From Candidatus Melainabacteria bacterium RIFCSPLOWO2_02_FULL_35_15 (GTDB lineage: Bacteria > Cyanobacteriota > Vampirovibrionia > 2-02-FULL-35-15): DNA of 64,000 nucleotides. The position numbers and the translations under genes are program-made. Position 1 is the stretch's first letter, and the number at the start of each line of letters is the position of its first letter. The stretch lies in the NCBI GenBank assembly GCA_001784585.1, contig MFRN01000043.1, forward strand, positions 80,966 through 144,965, in the 5' to 3' direction. Of this stretch, positions 1-9,923 are shown one piece after another. Below the pieces are notes generated by a model. The model was given only the letters and a program-made list of their open reading frames with translations. It did not search any database and was not told where the DNA came from.

Positions 1-148
1 ATCTTCCTATTTTTTCGTTTCCTTCTACTGATTCAAATAAAAATGAATAAGGTTTTTTATCACAGAGCTTATAAAAGGTGCTTACTGGTGTTTCAAGATC
101 AGCTAAGAGTTCAAGATTTTCCAATAAAACAAAAGATTCATTATTCAT
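1..148 (-). CDS. trpE: anthranilate synthase component I, N-terminal part (runs off window)
   Basis: Manual translation from ATG at 148: MNNESFVLLENLELLADLETPVSTFYKLCDKKPYSFLFESVEGNEKIGR, matching the TrpE N-terminal ADxETP...SFLxESVEG..GR motif. Confidence 0.85.
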   Translation of the reverse strand, partial: MNNESFVLLENLELLADLETPVSTFYKLCDKKPYSFLFESVEGNEKIGR

Positions 149-260
149 GGATGTATATTGTATAGTATTGAGTCACAGAATAATGTGTAAAATACTTTTA
201 CAGGGGCATTAAACCGGTTTTTTGTGCAGAGTTTTTAAAAGCACTTTCGCTGGTAGGTAT

Positions 261-488
261 CTAACCACCGCCTACAAATGTAACTATCTCAAGCTCATCG
301 TTCTCTGATAGTAAAGTAAAGTCAAACAAGTCTTTTTTTAAAATGTTTTTATTTAACTCTATAACAACTCTGTCTTTATTGATTTTGAATGATTCTATGA
401 GCTTTAAAATAGAAATATTCTGAGGTACAAATTTGTCTTCACCATTAATTTTAATTAGAATGTTTGAATTCCTGGAATCTGTTTTCAT
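261..488 (-). CDS. thiS: sulfur carrier protein ThiS
   Basis: 75 aa, INGE start, VIELNKNI, C-terminal EIVTFVGGG di-glycine. Confidence 0.9.
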   Translation of the reverse strand: MKTDSRNSNILIKINGEDKFVPQNISILKLIESFKINKDRVVIELNKNILKKDLFDFTLLSENDELEIVTFVGGG

Positions 489-1614
489 TTTTTTGTTTCC
501 GATTAGCCTGGTGACTTCTATAACTTTAGCAGGAATTTTACTTTATCTTGGAATAACTTGTTTTGTCTTGCTTTTTATTTTAAATCAGAGAAAGAATTTA
601 AGTTTTAGTGAGATTGATGTTGCATTTTTAATTTATATATTAGCCCTTACCATAAGTGGAATTATTAATTCTGGCACAGGAAGCGGATTCCATATTTTTC
701 TAAGAACATGTCAGGATTATTTTGTTTATGTGTGGGTAGTATTTTTTCTCTGTAAAAATCCAAAAAACAATAAATTGATTTCTGCTGCCATTTTAATCTC
801 TGCTTTTATTTCGATTTTCTATGGATTTTTACAATTTTTTCATTTTGATTTTTTCCACAGGCAGATAAATTTAGACAGGTTATCCGGGTTTCACAAAAAT
901 CCATATACATACTCAGGGCAACTAATTATTTTTCTTTTTTTTCTCCTGAATGAATGGTTTACAAAAGATAAAAAAGCGGTTGGATTGCTGTTTGCATCAT
1001 TGTGTTTGTTTTGTATATTAAACACTTCAGAGCGAGCTGTGATATTTGGTATCTTTGCAGGACTAATATCGTATTTTATTTTTCAAAAAATAAAAAATAA
1101 AGATCTTATTTTAAGTCTTTTCTTTTTTTTAACCCCTGTTTTTTTTACAATAATGTTTCACAGGAAAGTCTTTAAAAGAATAAAAAATATTGTTTCACCT
1201 GCTCATACGCCAAATGTCAGGTTTAAACTCTGGGGAATTGCTCTTAGCATCTGGAAAAAAAATATATTGTTTGGTAGCGGTAAATTTCCTGCAATACCTT
1301 ATCAGATGGCAGATTCCCTCCACCAGGTTAAATACCTGCAGCATGCACATAATGTTTATCTTCAGATACTGGTTACAAATGGGCTCATAGGTTTTCTTAG
1401 CTTTATTTATTTGTTTTATGCTATTTTAAGGACAGCTTTTTATAGTTTGAAGTCAAACAGATATGCTATTAGTTTAATATCAATACTTTTAGCTTTTGCC
1501 ATAGAGGGAATTTTTGAATATTTCTGGGGTGATAGTGAGGTTAGATATTTCCTTCTGTATTTTATCGGGTTTGTTTTAGCCAATTCGCTAGAATTGAATC
1601 AGGAAAAAGTGTAA
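460..1614 (+). CDS. O-antigen ligase family (WaaL/Wzy_C) membrane protein
   Basis: Multi-TM; RLSGF..NP, SER, R..LW..A, HAHNVYLQ motifs; start uncertain (TTG 433 or ATG 460). Confidence 0.8.
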   Translation: MFEFLESVFIFLFPISLVTSITLAGILLYLGITCFVLLFILNQRKNLSFSEIDVAFLIYILALTISGIINSGTGSGFHIFLRTCQDYFVYVWVVFFLCKNPKNNKLISAAILISAFISIFYGFLQFFHFDFFHRQINLDRLSGFHKNPYTYSGQLIIFLFFLLNEWFTKDKKAVGLLFASLCLFCILNTSERAVIFGIFAGLISYFIFQKIKNKDLILSLFFFLTPVFFTIMFHRKVFKRIKNIVSPAHTPNVRFKLWGIALSIWKKNILFGSGKFPAIPYQMADSLHQVKYLQHAHNVYLQILVTNGLIGFLSFIYLFYAILRTAFYSLKSNRYAISLISILLAFAIEGIFEYFWGDSEVRYFLLYFIGFVLANSLELNQEKV

Positions 1615-1624
1615 AATTATTAGA

Positions 1625-2440
1625 ATGAAGAATAAGCTTAACAAAATTATTTATTTTTTTATGATTTTATTAATTGCATTAGTGTGCTTTTCGTCAAACG
1701 CTCAGGAAACAGAAGAGAGAATTCTGGAGCAAAATTTTGATTTTGATAAGCAGGAAGAACAAATTGAACCTGAAATAAGAATTGATAACAAAGCAGAAAC
1801 TCAAAAATCTCCGCTTCTTAAAGGTCACATAAGCAAAGTCCCTGGCGGAACAAAGTTAAAGATTATTTTAGAAACTCCAATAGATGAAATTACAAGCATG
1901 GTAGATGATGAAATTACTGCAAGAACTGCTGAGAATATTGAAATTGATGGTAAGGTAGTAATTCCTGCAGGCAGTACAGTAGTTGGAAAAATTTCAGAAA
2001 TTAACCTGGCAAAGAGACTGCATAAAGCTGGTAATGTAAGGATAGAATTTCAGAACCTGACAATGCCTGACAACAGGCAAGTGCCTATTCTGGCCAGTGT
2101 TTTAACACATAGCGGTTTAATTAAAGGAAAGTATACTAAAAAAAACGCTCTGATTGCCGGTGCTACTCTTCTGGGCCCTGCAGCAGCTGGTTTTGGAGCT
2201 GGACTTGCTGCTGAAGGTAGTCTTGTGGGAGCTGGAATCGGAGCTTTAGTAGGTACACTGGCTGGAGTTGGTTTATTTACATTTCAAAGGGGAAACATGG
2301 TTGACTTGAAATCCGGGGATGAATTAAGTATAGAATTGACAGAAGAAGCACTTGTGCCTGTGAGTGACAGTGAAGAAACAGATGGAGCAAATAAAAGTTT
2401 TTGTGAATTAAAAAATAAAAAAAATGACAGAAAAAACTAA
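1625..2440 (+). CDS. secreted hypothetical protein, TrbI/VirB10-like beta domain with Gly-rich membrane segment
   Basis: Signal peptide, VPGGT..., IPAGSTVVG, glycine-zipper GAGIGALVG, VDLKSGDEL. Confidence 0.55.
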   Translation: MKNKLNKIIYFFMILLIALVCFSSNAQETEERILEQNFDFDKQEEQIEPEIRIDNKAETQKSPLLKGHISKVPGGTKLKIILETPIDEITSMVDDEITARTAENIEIDGKVVIPAGSTVVGKISEINLAKRLHKAGNVRIEFQNLTMPDNRQVPILASVLTHSGLIKGKYTKKNALIAGATLLGPAAAGFGAGLAAEGSLVGAGIGALVGTLAGVGLFTFQRGNMVDLKSGDELSIELTEEALVPVSDSEETDGANKSFCELKNKKNDRKN

Positions 2441-2945
2441 AAAAGAATTAATTGAATATATTAAATTAAAAGATAAACTTGAATATTTAAATAAAAATCT
2501 TACTTTGGAGAAAAATATAAAAAATCCTTTTGAAACTCTTATCTTTAACAAGGCAGAGACTAAAATCAAAAGAAAAGGAATTTCATATAAGTTCTGGTTT
2601 TTAGTATTAGTTGTATTATTTTTAACCACCAGTATTTTATTTAATAAAACAATTTCTTTAAAGATTGATCCTGTATTATATAAATTTATAAATCATTTAT
2701 CCACCCAGCTTAATAAGCCTTACGTGGTAACAATAGGAAATTTTGAGAGTTTTGATCTTGCAAAGAGTAGAGCTGTCGAGTTTTTGCCTAAACTCAGACA
2801 GATAAACATAAAACAGCTTCCTACCGGGAATTATACTTTTGAAATTGAAAAATGTGGTTCAAAAGAAAAAGCTTACTCTATATCAAAAGAATTTATACAG
2901 AATGGCTTTGAACCTGTGAATGTGCGTTACTTGCCAGGTCAATAA
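2424..2945 (+). CDS. membrane-anchored SPOR-like domain protein
   Basis: One TM then YVVTIGNF....A and a second C.SKEKA half, typical of the SPOR repeat. Confidence 0.5.
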   Translation: MTEKTKKELIEYIKLKDKLEYLNKNLTLEKNIKNPFETLIFNKAETKIKRKGISYKFWFLVLVVLFLTTSILFNKTISLKIDPVLYKFINHLSTQLNKPYVVTIGNFESFDLAKSRAVEFLPKLRQINIKQLPTGNYTFEIEKCGSKEKAYSISKEFIQNGFEPVNVRYLPGQ

Positions 2946-3684
2946 GTTTCATAAATTCTTCAAAGTTTAAACTGGCACCACCTACTAATCCGCCATCAAT
3001 ATCCGGGTATTTTATATGTTCGCCAAAATTATCTGACTTAACGCTGCCACCGTATAGAATTCTTACAGTTTCAGAAATTTGAGGGGTACTTTTTTCTTTT
3101 ATTGTACTTCTAATCATTTTTATTATTTTGTTTGCATCTTCACCACTACAGATTTTTCCTGTCCCGATTGCCCAGACAGGTTCATATGCAATAATTAGTT
3201 TTTCAATATCAGCACTGTTTAGATCTTTAATACCTTCAAGTACCTGATTTTTAACCTGGCTTTCAGCTTCGCCTTTTTCTCTGATTTTTAAATCTTCTCC
3301 TACACAAAACACTGGTGTAAGTCCAAATTTGAGTGCAGCTTTAATTTTTAGATTTACATCTTTATCACTTTCGTTAAAATATTGCCGTCTTTCGCTATGT
3401 CCGATTATCACCATTTCAATATGCAGGTCTTTTAACATTTTAGGAGAGACTTCCCCTGTATATGCTCCTTCTTCTTTATAGAACATATTTTGAGCACCTG
3501 TTTTGATATGAGGTGTATCTTTTAAGATATTGCTTATGGTTAAGAGATAAACAGATGGCGGACAAACAGTTATTTCAGCAGGTCGTTCAACTTTTATAGA
3601 ACTTTTTAATTTAAAGGTTAAATCCTGTGCATCAGCCAGACTTAAGTTCATTTTCCAGTTTCCAATGATTATTTTATTTCGCAT
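2893..3684 (-). CDS. tpiA: triosephosphate isomerase
   Basis: GNWKMN, GHSERR, AYEPVWAIGTG, LYGGSV, GGLVGGASL. Confidence 0.98.
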   Translation of the reverse strand: MRNKIIIGNWKMNLSLADAQDLTFKLKSSIKVERPAEITVCPPSVYLLTISNILKDTPHIKTGAQNMFYKEEGAYTGEVSPKMLKDLHIEMVIIGHSERRQYFNESDKDVNLKIKAALKFGLTPVFCVGEDLKIREKGEAESQVKNQVLEGIKDLNSADIEKLIIAYEPVWAIGTGKICSGEDANKIIKMIRSTIKEKSTPQISETVRILYGGSVKSDNFGEHIKYPDIDGGLVGGASLNFEEFMKLIDLASNAHSQVQSHSV

Positions 3685-3712
3685 AAGGAGATATTATATA
3701 ATATAAATCCGT

Positions 3713-3934
3713 ATGGAACCAGAATCTAAAATAAAACTAGACAATATTATTAAAGAACTTACAGGTTTTCTTGAAAGAGACTTTTCATCACGGTTTAGAA
3801 ACTTGACCAATAAAGAAGACAGACAGCTCTTTTTCTTAGCAAAAATACTTACACAGCTAAAGCAAATTTCCAACGAATCCGGAAATAAAGACAAAAAAAT
3901 AGTTCGCTTTCCAGCTTTGCAGAGAATTAAGTAA
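3713..3934 (+). CDS. small hypothetical protein
   Basis: 73-aa ORF filling the gap divergent from tpiA; no motif recognised. Confidence 0.45.
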   Translation: MEPESKIKLDNIIKELTGFLERDFSSRFRNLTNKEDRQLFFLAKILTQLKQISNESGNKDKKIVRFPALQRIK

Positions 3935-3989
3935 ATTAGGCGCTGCCTTAGCTATGTTACTAAGTCTCATCTGACTAACTTACAAAGAA

Positions 3990-4019
3990 AGGTTTTGTCT
4001 GGTTTATCCAGCAAAACCT
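3990..4019 (+). repeat. bulged hairpin A (copy 1 of 3)
   Basis: AGGTTTTG-T-CTGG-TTTAT-CCAG-CAAAACCT; same architecture at 9841-9868 and 17735-17760(-). Confidence 0.75.
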
Positions 4020-4108
4020 GAAAAATGACACAAAAGGCAGACTGCGAGCACTTTGCAAAGCCCGACAAGCGAGGTACGAAGCAAGGAGGGCGGTAGGCAA
4101 AAACTAAA

Positions 4109-5185
4109 TTAGTGGACAGTGCTTAATTCAAGTTGTTTATTTACAGCATTAAGCATTAAATCCGGAGTAACCTCCAGGCATTCAGGTGTTTTACAGGATT
4201 CTTTTCTCTTGTCAAATAAACAAGGCCTGCATTCCAGATTATCTGCATGTATAGCAAGGAATCTTGGATCCTCTGGTAATAGCTTTTTAGGATCAGTCGG
4301 TCCAAAAAATGCTACAAGTTTTTTCCCCAGTGCCACAGCTATATGCATCGGGGCAGAATCTACACAAACCAGCAGATCTGAAGAACTTATTAAAGCAGCA
4401 AGTTTTTCAATTGACAAATCAAATGAGCTAAAGTCAAAGAAATTTTTAGGCTTTGCAAAAAAAGAAAGTTTCTTGTGGATTTCAGCAATTGTTTCAGTAT
4501 CATCTTTTCCGCCAAGAAGAATTACAGTGTTATCATGATTTTCAAGTAGCTTCTCAATCAAGACAGCCCAATTTTTTGCTGCCCACCCCTTTAAAATATT
4601 TTTTTTAATACTCAGTTTACTTACTCCAGGATGAATAAATATTTTTTTTGCAAAATATCTTTCTTTTATTCTTGGATTTAAGGTTTCTTTTGCCCATTCG
4701 ATTAATGCAGGAGTCAGTTTGATTTCAGGCATCAGATACTTGCCATGAATTGTTTTTTTTATATCCGGCAACGCTGGCGTAAGTAATTCAGCAAACATAT
4801 TAGGTATATATTGAGTTGTATTTGGTTTTATGGGATCTGTTAAAAATAATTTGCTAAAAATCCCTTTATAAAAACCAATTTTGATTTCAGCATTACTTAA
4901 AAGAGCAACTATATTAGACTTATACGAGGAACCAGTTAAGATCAGGTATTTATAATATCGTGCTCTCAGTTCCTCTCTTAACTTAAAAATATTCAGATTT
5001 TTTTCTTTGAAGTCAAAAGCTCTAATTTTTCTGTATAAATGTGTCAGTTCCCCGATAATTACACTTCTTGGTTCACAAATTAAATCAATTTGATAATCGC
5101 TAAAATTTTCCTTAAAAATTTTTACTGTAGGTAAAAGGAGAATTTGATCCCCAATTCCTCCTGCATTGACAAATAAAGTCCTCAT
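4109..5185 (-). CDS. glycosyltransferase family 9 (LPS heptosyltransferase-like)
   Basis: GGIGDQIL, HPG, K.W, DSAPMHIAVALG, FFGPT motifs; likely start ATG 5185. Confidence 0.9.
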   Translation of the reverse strand: MRTLFVNAGGIGDQILLLPTVKIFKENFSDYQIDLICEPRSVIIGELTHLYRKIRAFDFKEKNLNIFKLREELRARYYKYLILTGSSYKSNIVALLSNAEIKIGFYKGIFSKLFLTDPIKPNTTQYIPNMFAELLTPALPDIKKTIHGKYLMPEIKLTPALIEWAKETLNPRIKERYFAKKIFIHPGVSKLSIKKNILKGWAAKNWAVLIEKLLENHDNTVILLGGKDDTETIAEIHKKLSFFAKPKNFFDFSSFDLSIEKLAALISSSDLLVCVDSAPMHIAVALGKKLVAFFGPTDPKKLLPEDPRFLAIHADNLECRPCLFDKRKESCKTPECLEVTPDLMLNAVNKQLELSTVH

Positions 5186-5216
5186 AATGGTTCTAAACAA
5201 TTATTTTTATATTGTT

Positions 5217-5244
5217 GTAGAGACGTTATGCATAACGTCTCTAC
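5217..5244. repeat. GTAG-type REP-like perfect palindrome
   Basis: GTAGAGACGTTATG|CATAACGTCTCTAC, 28 nt. Confidence 0.85.
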
Positions 5245-5291
5245 TTATTGTTGACACAAGAACACTGAACATACACAAATAATAACAGGCG

Positions 5292-5320
5292 TTGACCAAA
5301 ATAGGATAGACCGTTAGAAT
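5292..5320 (+). promoter_or_regulatory. sigma70-type promoter for the rplD-led cluster
   Basis: TTGACC-N17-TAGAAT, 47 nt before the rplD ATG. Confidence 0.65.
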
Positions 5321-5367
5321 TAACCCTTGCATCTTTAAAATATGATTGCAAAAACAAAAACAATCAA

Positions 5368-6033
5368 ATGGCAAAATCAACCGCACAACATAGTAATGAG
5401 AAATCGGGTAGTTCTAAGTTACCGGAAGTTTTTTTAGGATTAAAACCTAACAAGCATTTATTACACTTATCAGTTTTAAGACAATTAGACAATCAGAGAG
5501 CCGGTACTGCTTCTACAAAGACCAAAGCCGAAGTCCGTGGTGGTGGTAAAAAACCCTGGAAACAAAAAGGTACAGGCAGAGCAAGAGCAGGATCAATCAG
5601 ATCACCTTTATGGGTTGGTGGTGGAATTACATTTGGTCCAAAGCCCAGAAGCTTTAAGTCTAATCTGCCTCAAAAAGCTAGAAATTTGGCAGAATTGCAG
5701 GCAATAGTGACAAAATCAGATTCACTGGTTATATTAAAAAATTTGCCTGAAATAAAAGACTGTAAGACAAAAAACTTTTTAAGCGCTATTAATTCCCTCT
5801 CACTAACTGATACCCCGCTTTTAATACTAGCTTCAAAAAAAGAGCAACATTTTAACGAAGCAAGGAGAGCATCAAAAAACATACCAGACATTGTTGTTCG
5901 TGACTGTAATTTTGCAGGTGTGTGGGATATCTTAAAAGTAAAAACCCTGGCAATTACAGAACATGCCTTAAAAGAGCTTGAGAAACGCTTTTTGTGGGTT
6001 TTAAAAAATAAAAAAATGAAAACCGGTAAATAA
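5368..6033 (+). CDS. rplD: 50S ribosomal protein L4
   Basis: TKTKAEVRGGGKKPWKQKGTGRARAGSIRSP. Confidence 0.98.
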   Translation: MAKSTAQHSNEKSGSSKLPEVFLGLKPNKHLLHLSVLRQLDNQRAGTASTKTKAEVRGGGKKPWKQKGTGRARAGSIRSPLWVGGGITFGPKPRSFKSNLPQKARNLAELQAIVTKSDSLVILKNLPEIKDCKTKNFLSAINSLSLTDTPLLILASKKEQHFNEARRASKNIPDIVVRDCNFAGVWDILKVKTLAITEHALKELEKRFLWVLKNKKMKTGK

Positions 6034-6038
6034 AAAAA

Positions 6039-6329
6039 ATGAATAAAAATCTTACAAATATTTTAGAACCAATTATTACTGAAAAGAGTACTGCTTTAAG
6101 TAAGCAAAATAAATACACGTTTAAGGTTGTAAAGGATGCTACGAAAGATTCAATAAGAAAATCATTTCTTGAAATTTTTCCAGACAGAAAAATTACTTCA
6201 ATAAAAACATTAAAGATAAAAGGGCATTCAAAGCGTACAAAATCCGGTATAAAGTTTCCGGCAGATGGAAAAAAAGTAATTATTACAACTCTTGGTCCAA
6301 AGATAGAATATTTTCCTGATATAGGATAG
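6039..6329 (+). CDS. rplW: 50S ribosomal protein L23 (divergent)
   Basis: PIITEKS, NKYTFKV...ATK, position between rplD and rplB. Confidence 0.9.
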   Translation: MNKNLTNILEPIITEKSTALSKQNKYTFKVVKDATKDSIRKSFLEIFPDRKITSIKTLKIKGHSKRTKSGIKFPADGKKVIITTLGPKIEYFPDIG

Positions 6330-6350
6330 ATAAGAAAGGAGGTAGATAAT

Positions 6351-7175
6351 ATGCCAGTAAAAGAAAGAAGACCTTTAACTCCCGGACAAAGAGGAATGAA
6401 CTTTATTGATTTTAGTGAAATTACAAAATCAAAACCCCAAAAAAGTTTACTTTTGCCTTATAAGAGAGGTTCAGGCAGAAATAACCAGGGAAGGATTACT
6501 ACCAGACATAAAGGTGGCGGTCATAAAAAACATTACAGAATAATTGATTACAAACGTGATAAAGACAATATCCAGGCAAAGGTAGTTGCTTTTGAATATG
6601 ATCCAAACAGAAACTGTAGAATTGCATTGTTGATTTACAAAGACGGAGAAAAGCGTTATATTCTGGCTCCAAATAATTTAAAAGTAAGCGACTCTGTAAT
6701 GTCCGGTGAAAGTGTTGAGCAAAAAGTCGGGAATTCGATGCCGCTTAGAAATATTACAGTAGGTGAATTCGTTCACAATGTAGAACTTAAGCCACATGCA
6801 GGAGGCCAGCTTGTAAGAACTGCTGGTGGTGCTGCACAACTTTTAGCCAAAGAAAATGAAGATGCTACGCTAAGATTACCCTCCGGTGAAATGAGAAGGG
6901 TTAATATTAACTGTCGTGCTACTCTTGGTCAGTTAGGAAACCTGGATCATTTAAATGTGAAGCTTGGAAAAGCAGGCAGAAAGCGTTATTTAGGTATTAG
7001 ACCTACTGTAAGAGGATCTGCCATGAATCCTGTAGATCATCCGCACGGTGGTGGAGAAGGCAGATGTCCAATTGGTGGTCAGCCAAAAACACCATGGGGC
7101 AAACCAGCAATGGGATTAAAAACCAGGAAGCCAAAGTTATCAGACAGATATATAATTTCAAGGAGGAAGAAGTAA
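6351..7175 (+). CDS. rplB: 50S ribosomal protein L2
   Basis: [33 protein letters not shown]. Confidence 0.99.
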   Translation: MPVKERRPLTPGQRGMNFIDFSEITKSKPQKSLLLPYKRGSGRNNQGRITTRHKGGGHKKHYRIIDYKRDKDNIQAKVVAFEYDPNRNCRIALLIYKDGEKRYILAPNNLKVSDSVMSGESVEQKVGNSMPLRNITVGEFVHNVELKPHAGGQLVRTAGGAAQLLAKENEDATLRLPSGEMRRVNINCRATLGQLGNLDHLNVKLGKAGRKRYLGIRPTVRGSAMNPVDHPHGGGEGRCPIGGQPKTPWGKPAMGLKTRKPKLSDRYIISRRKK

Positions 7176-7181
7176 AAAAGT

Positions 7182-7505
7182 ATGGGAAGATCACTAAAAA
7201 AAGGGCCTTATGTTCATCCTTCATTATTAAGAAAAATTAGTGAAATGAATAAATCAGGAAAGAAGCAAGTCGTAAAATCCTGGAAACGTGCTTCTATGAT
7301 TATCCCTGAAATGATTGGGCACACAATAGCTGTTCATAATGGAAAAAAGTTTGTACCTGTTTATATAACTGAACAAATGATAGGTCACAGGCTGGGAGAA
7401 TTTTCAGCTACAAGATATTTTAGAGCACATTCAGGAGTTGCTAAGAAAACTGAAGAAGCAGGGACAGAAGGAGGAAGTGCAGCACCAGCACCAAAATCTG
7501 CCTAA
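7182..7505 (+). CDS. rpsS: 30S ribosomal protein S19
   Basis: [20 protein letters not shown]. Confidence 0.98.
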   Translation: MGRSLKKGPYVHPSLLRKISEMNKSGKKQVVKSWKRASMIIPEMIGHTIAVHNGKKFVPVYITEQMIGHRLGEFSATRYFRAHSGVAKKTEEAGTEGGSAAPAPKSA

Positions 7506-7541
7506 TGTTAATAGGAGGAAATAGGGAAACAGAGAAAGAGA

Positions 7542-7567
7542 GCAAAAATTTAAGCTTAAATTTTTGC
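7542..7567. repeat. 26-nt palindromic hairpin C just upstream of rplV
   Basis: GCAAAAATTTAAGCTTAAATTTTTGC; related copy at 50319-50344. Confidence 0.7.
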
Positions 7568-7575
7568 AATAAAAC

Positions 7576-8076
7576 ATGACTAAAGCAATAGCAAAATATA
7601 TAAGAATGTCACCGCGAAAATTACGCCGTGTAGTAAATGAAATTCGTGGTAAGGATACTAACTCTGCACAGGTAATACTTAAGTTTATGCCTTATGCCGG
7701 AGCAAGGGTAGTTGAAAAAGTACTAAAGTCTGCAGTTTCAAATGCAAAAGAAAATGAAAAATTAAATCCTGACGAATTAAGAATTACTAAAGCTTTTGTA
7801 GATCAGTCTACTACTCTTAGAAGATGGAGACCAATGTCGCGTGGCAGGGGATATCCGATTTTAAAAAGAACAAGCCATGTGACTTTAGAAGTTGGTGTAG
7901 ATGAAAATCTTATTAATAACATCAAACATACTCCGGCTAAAAAACAAGTTAAGCATGATCATGACCACGATCACAAACATGATCACGATGAAAAGTCTAA
8001 AGATGAAGCTGTCAAGAAAGAAAAGAAACAAGTAAAAGAAAAAACAAAGAAAGATAAAAAGAAGAAAGAGGAATAA
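7576..8076 (+). CDS. rplV: 50S ribosomal protein L22 with His/Asp- and Lys-rich C-terminal tail
   Basis: RMSPRKLR, KSAVSNA, RGRG..ILKRTSH. Confidence 0.97.
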   Translation: MTKAIAKYIRMSPRKLRRVVNEIRGKDTNSAQVILKFMPYAGARVVEKVLKSAVSNAKENEKLNPDELRITKAFVDQSTTLRRWRPMSRGRGYPILKRTSHVTLEVGVDENLINNIKHTPAKKQVKHDHDHDHKHDHDEKSKDEAVKKEKKQVKEKTKKDKKKKEE

Positions 8077-8079
8077 GCA

Positions 8080-8817
8080 ATGGGTCAGAAGACACATCCC
8101 AGAGGATTTAGATTAGGTGTTATCCAAACATGGGATTCGCAATGGTTTGCAGCACCTAAAGATTATGCAAATCTTGTTTATGAAGACAAACTTATTCGTG
8201 ATTTTATAAAGGGAAAACTTTTTAATGCTGGCATCAGTAAGATTGAAATATGGAGAAAAGCACAATTAATTCAAGTCAATATTCATTCAGTAAGACCAGG
8301 TATTGTAGTTGGTAAAGGTGGACAAGGTTTAGAAACACTAAAGAATCAGGTTACAGAATTAATAAACAGAAAAGATATTATTGTTCAGATTAATGTAATT
8401 GAAGTTGCAAAAGCTGATCTTGATGCACAGTTAACCGCAGAAGCCATTGCACAACAGCTAGAAAGACGGGTAGCTTTTAGAAAAGCAATGAAACAGGCAA
8501 TGCAAAGAGCAATGCGCTCAGGTGCAAAGGGTGTAAAGGTAATGGTTTCCGGGCGCCTTGGTGGAAATGACATTGCCAGGACAGAATGGCTTAGAGAAGG
8601 AGCTATACCTCTTCATACTTTAAGAGCAGATATTGATTATGGACTTGCAACTGCAAAAACAATATTTGGAATTATTGGAGTGAAAACATGGATTTATAAA
8701 GGGATTCTTGCACCCGGTGAAGTAGCTCAAAGAAATGTTAAATTGGTTTCGAATCTTGATGGCGAAGAAGATGATACTCAGCAAAGAAGAAGAAGGAAAA
8801 AGAGAGGCGAACAGTAA
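8080..8817 (+). CDS. rpsC: 30S ribosomal protein S3
   Basis: [29 protein letters not shown]. Confidence 0.99.
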   Translation: MGQKTHPRGFRLGVIQTWDSQWFAAPKDYANLVYEDKLIRDFIKGKLFNAGISKIEIWRKAQLIQVNIHSVRPGIVVGKGGQGLETLKNQVTELINRKDIIVQINVIEVAKADLDAQLTAEAIAQQLERRVAFRKAMKQAMQRAMRSGAKGVKVMVSGRLGGNDIARTEWLREGAIPLHTLRADIDYGLATAKTIFGIIGVKTWIYKGILAPGEVAQRNVKLVSNLDGEEDDTQQRRRRKKRGEQ

Positions 8818-8823
8818 AGAAAA

Positions 8824-9246
8824 ATGTTAGTGCCAAGACAGACAAAATTCAGGAAGCAAATGCGCGGCAGAATGACCGGAAAAGAGTCACGTGGTGTAAG
8901 ACTTCACTATGGTGAATATGGACTTCAGGCCCTGGCTCCAGCCTGGATTTCTTCAAAACAGCTGGAAGCAGCCAGAAAAGCTATGGTTAGGAGTATTAAA
9001 AGAGGTGGGAAAATTTGGATAATGGTTTTTCCGGATAAACCGGTTACTAAAAAACCTGCCGAGGTAAGAATGGGTTCTGGTAAAGGTAACCCTGAATTCT
9101 GGGTAACTGTTGTAAGACCAGGCCGAATCTTATTTGAAATGACAGGTGTTCCTAAAGATATTGCTGTTGAATCTTTGAGACTGGCATCTCATAAGCTTCC
9201 TATTAAGTGTCGAATTATAGAAAAGGGAGAGCATATTAAAGGATAA
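8824..9246 (+). CDS. rplP: 50S ribosomal protein L16
   Basis: [20 protein letters not shown]. Confidence 0.99.
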   Translation: MLVPRQTKFRKQMRGRMTGKESRGVRLHYGEYGLQALAPAWISSKQLEAARKAMVRSIKRGGKIWIMVFPDKPVTKKPAEVRMGSGKGNPEFWVTVVRPGRILFEMTGVPKDIAVESLRLASHKLPIKCRIIEKGEHIKG

Positions 9247-9249
9247 GTT

Positions 9250-9564
9250 ATGATGAAATTAGTTGAAATTAAAGAACTGCCAGTTGATGAGATTAGCGAT
9301 CAGCTAAAAAAATCACAACTAGAGCTTGTTAACCTAAAAATGAAATTTGCAAGCAGGCAGCTGGAAGATCCTTCTCAAATAAGAAAAAAAAGAAAGGAAA
9401 TTGCAAGGCTACATACTATAAAAACCCAAAAATTACATGAAGTTATCAGCGAACCTAAGACTGAAAAGGTTAAAAAAGTAAAAAAGAAAGTAGTAACTGA
9501 AACTTTTTCTAAATCTGAAAAGCCAAAACGTCAGACAAAGAAAAGGGGAAAACCGGAGACATAA
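9250..9564 (+). CDS. rpmC: 50S ribosomal protein L29 with Lys-rich extension
   Basis: [20 protein letters not shown]; position. Confidence 0.93.
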   Translation: MMKLVEIKELPVDEISDQLKKSQLELVNLKMKFASRQLEDPSQIRKKRKEIARLHTIKTQKLHEVISEPKTEKVKKVKKKVVTETFSKSEKPKRQTKKRGKPET

Positions 9565-9565
9565 A

Positions 9566-9811
9566 ATGCCAAAGAAAGTTTTAAAGGGAAAGGTAGTAAG
9601 TGACAAAATGGATAAAACCATTGTTGTTGCCATTGAAAACAAACGACTTCATCCCAGGTATAAAAAACTTGTTTTAAAAACAAGAAAGTTTAAAGCACAT
9701 GATGAATCAAACCAGTGTAAAACAGGTGATGTGGTCGAAATCATAGAACATGTACCCATGAGCAAAACAAAAAGATGGTTACTGAAGGAGGTATTGGTGA
9801 AAGCTGACTAA
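9566..9811 (+). CDS. rpsQ: 30S ribosomal protein S17
   Basis: [24 protein letters not shown]. Confidence 0.98.
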   Translation: MPKKVLKGKVVSDKMDKTIVVAIENKRLHPRYKKLVLKTRKFKAHDESNQCKTGDVVEIIEHVPMSKTKRWLLKEVLVKAD

Positions 9812-9840
9812 ACAAGATTTATTATGCTTTCATAATTAAA

Positions 9841-9923
9841 GGATTTGAGTGGTTTATCCACCAAATCCGATCAAACGTAAAGTAAGGACGAAGGAAGCTT
9901 CAGCTTGTCTGAAGCTATAAAAA
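9841..9923 (+). promoter_or_regulatory. two-hairpin leader (hairpin A + linker + SD-like AAGGA + hairpin B) before rplN
   Basis: GGATTTG-A-GTGG-TTTAT-CCAC-CAAATCC ... AAGGA-AGCTTCAG-CTTGT-CTGAAGCT-ATAAAAA-ATG; homologous to the rpsJ leader. Confidence 0.7.

Noticed and set aside
149..520. TPP riboswitch for thiS or trp attenuator for trpE
   Set aside because: No TPP consensus elements, Trp-codon leader peptide or T-box motif seen.
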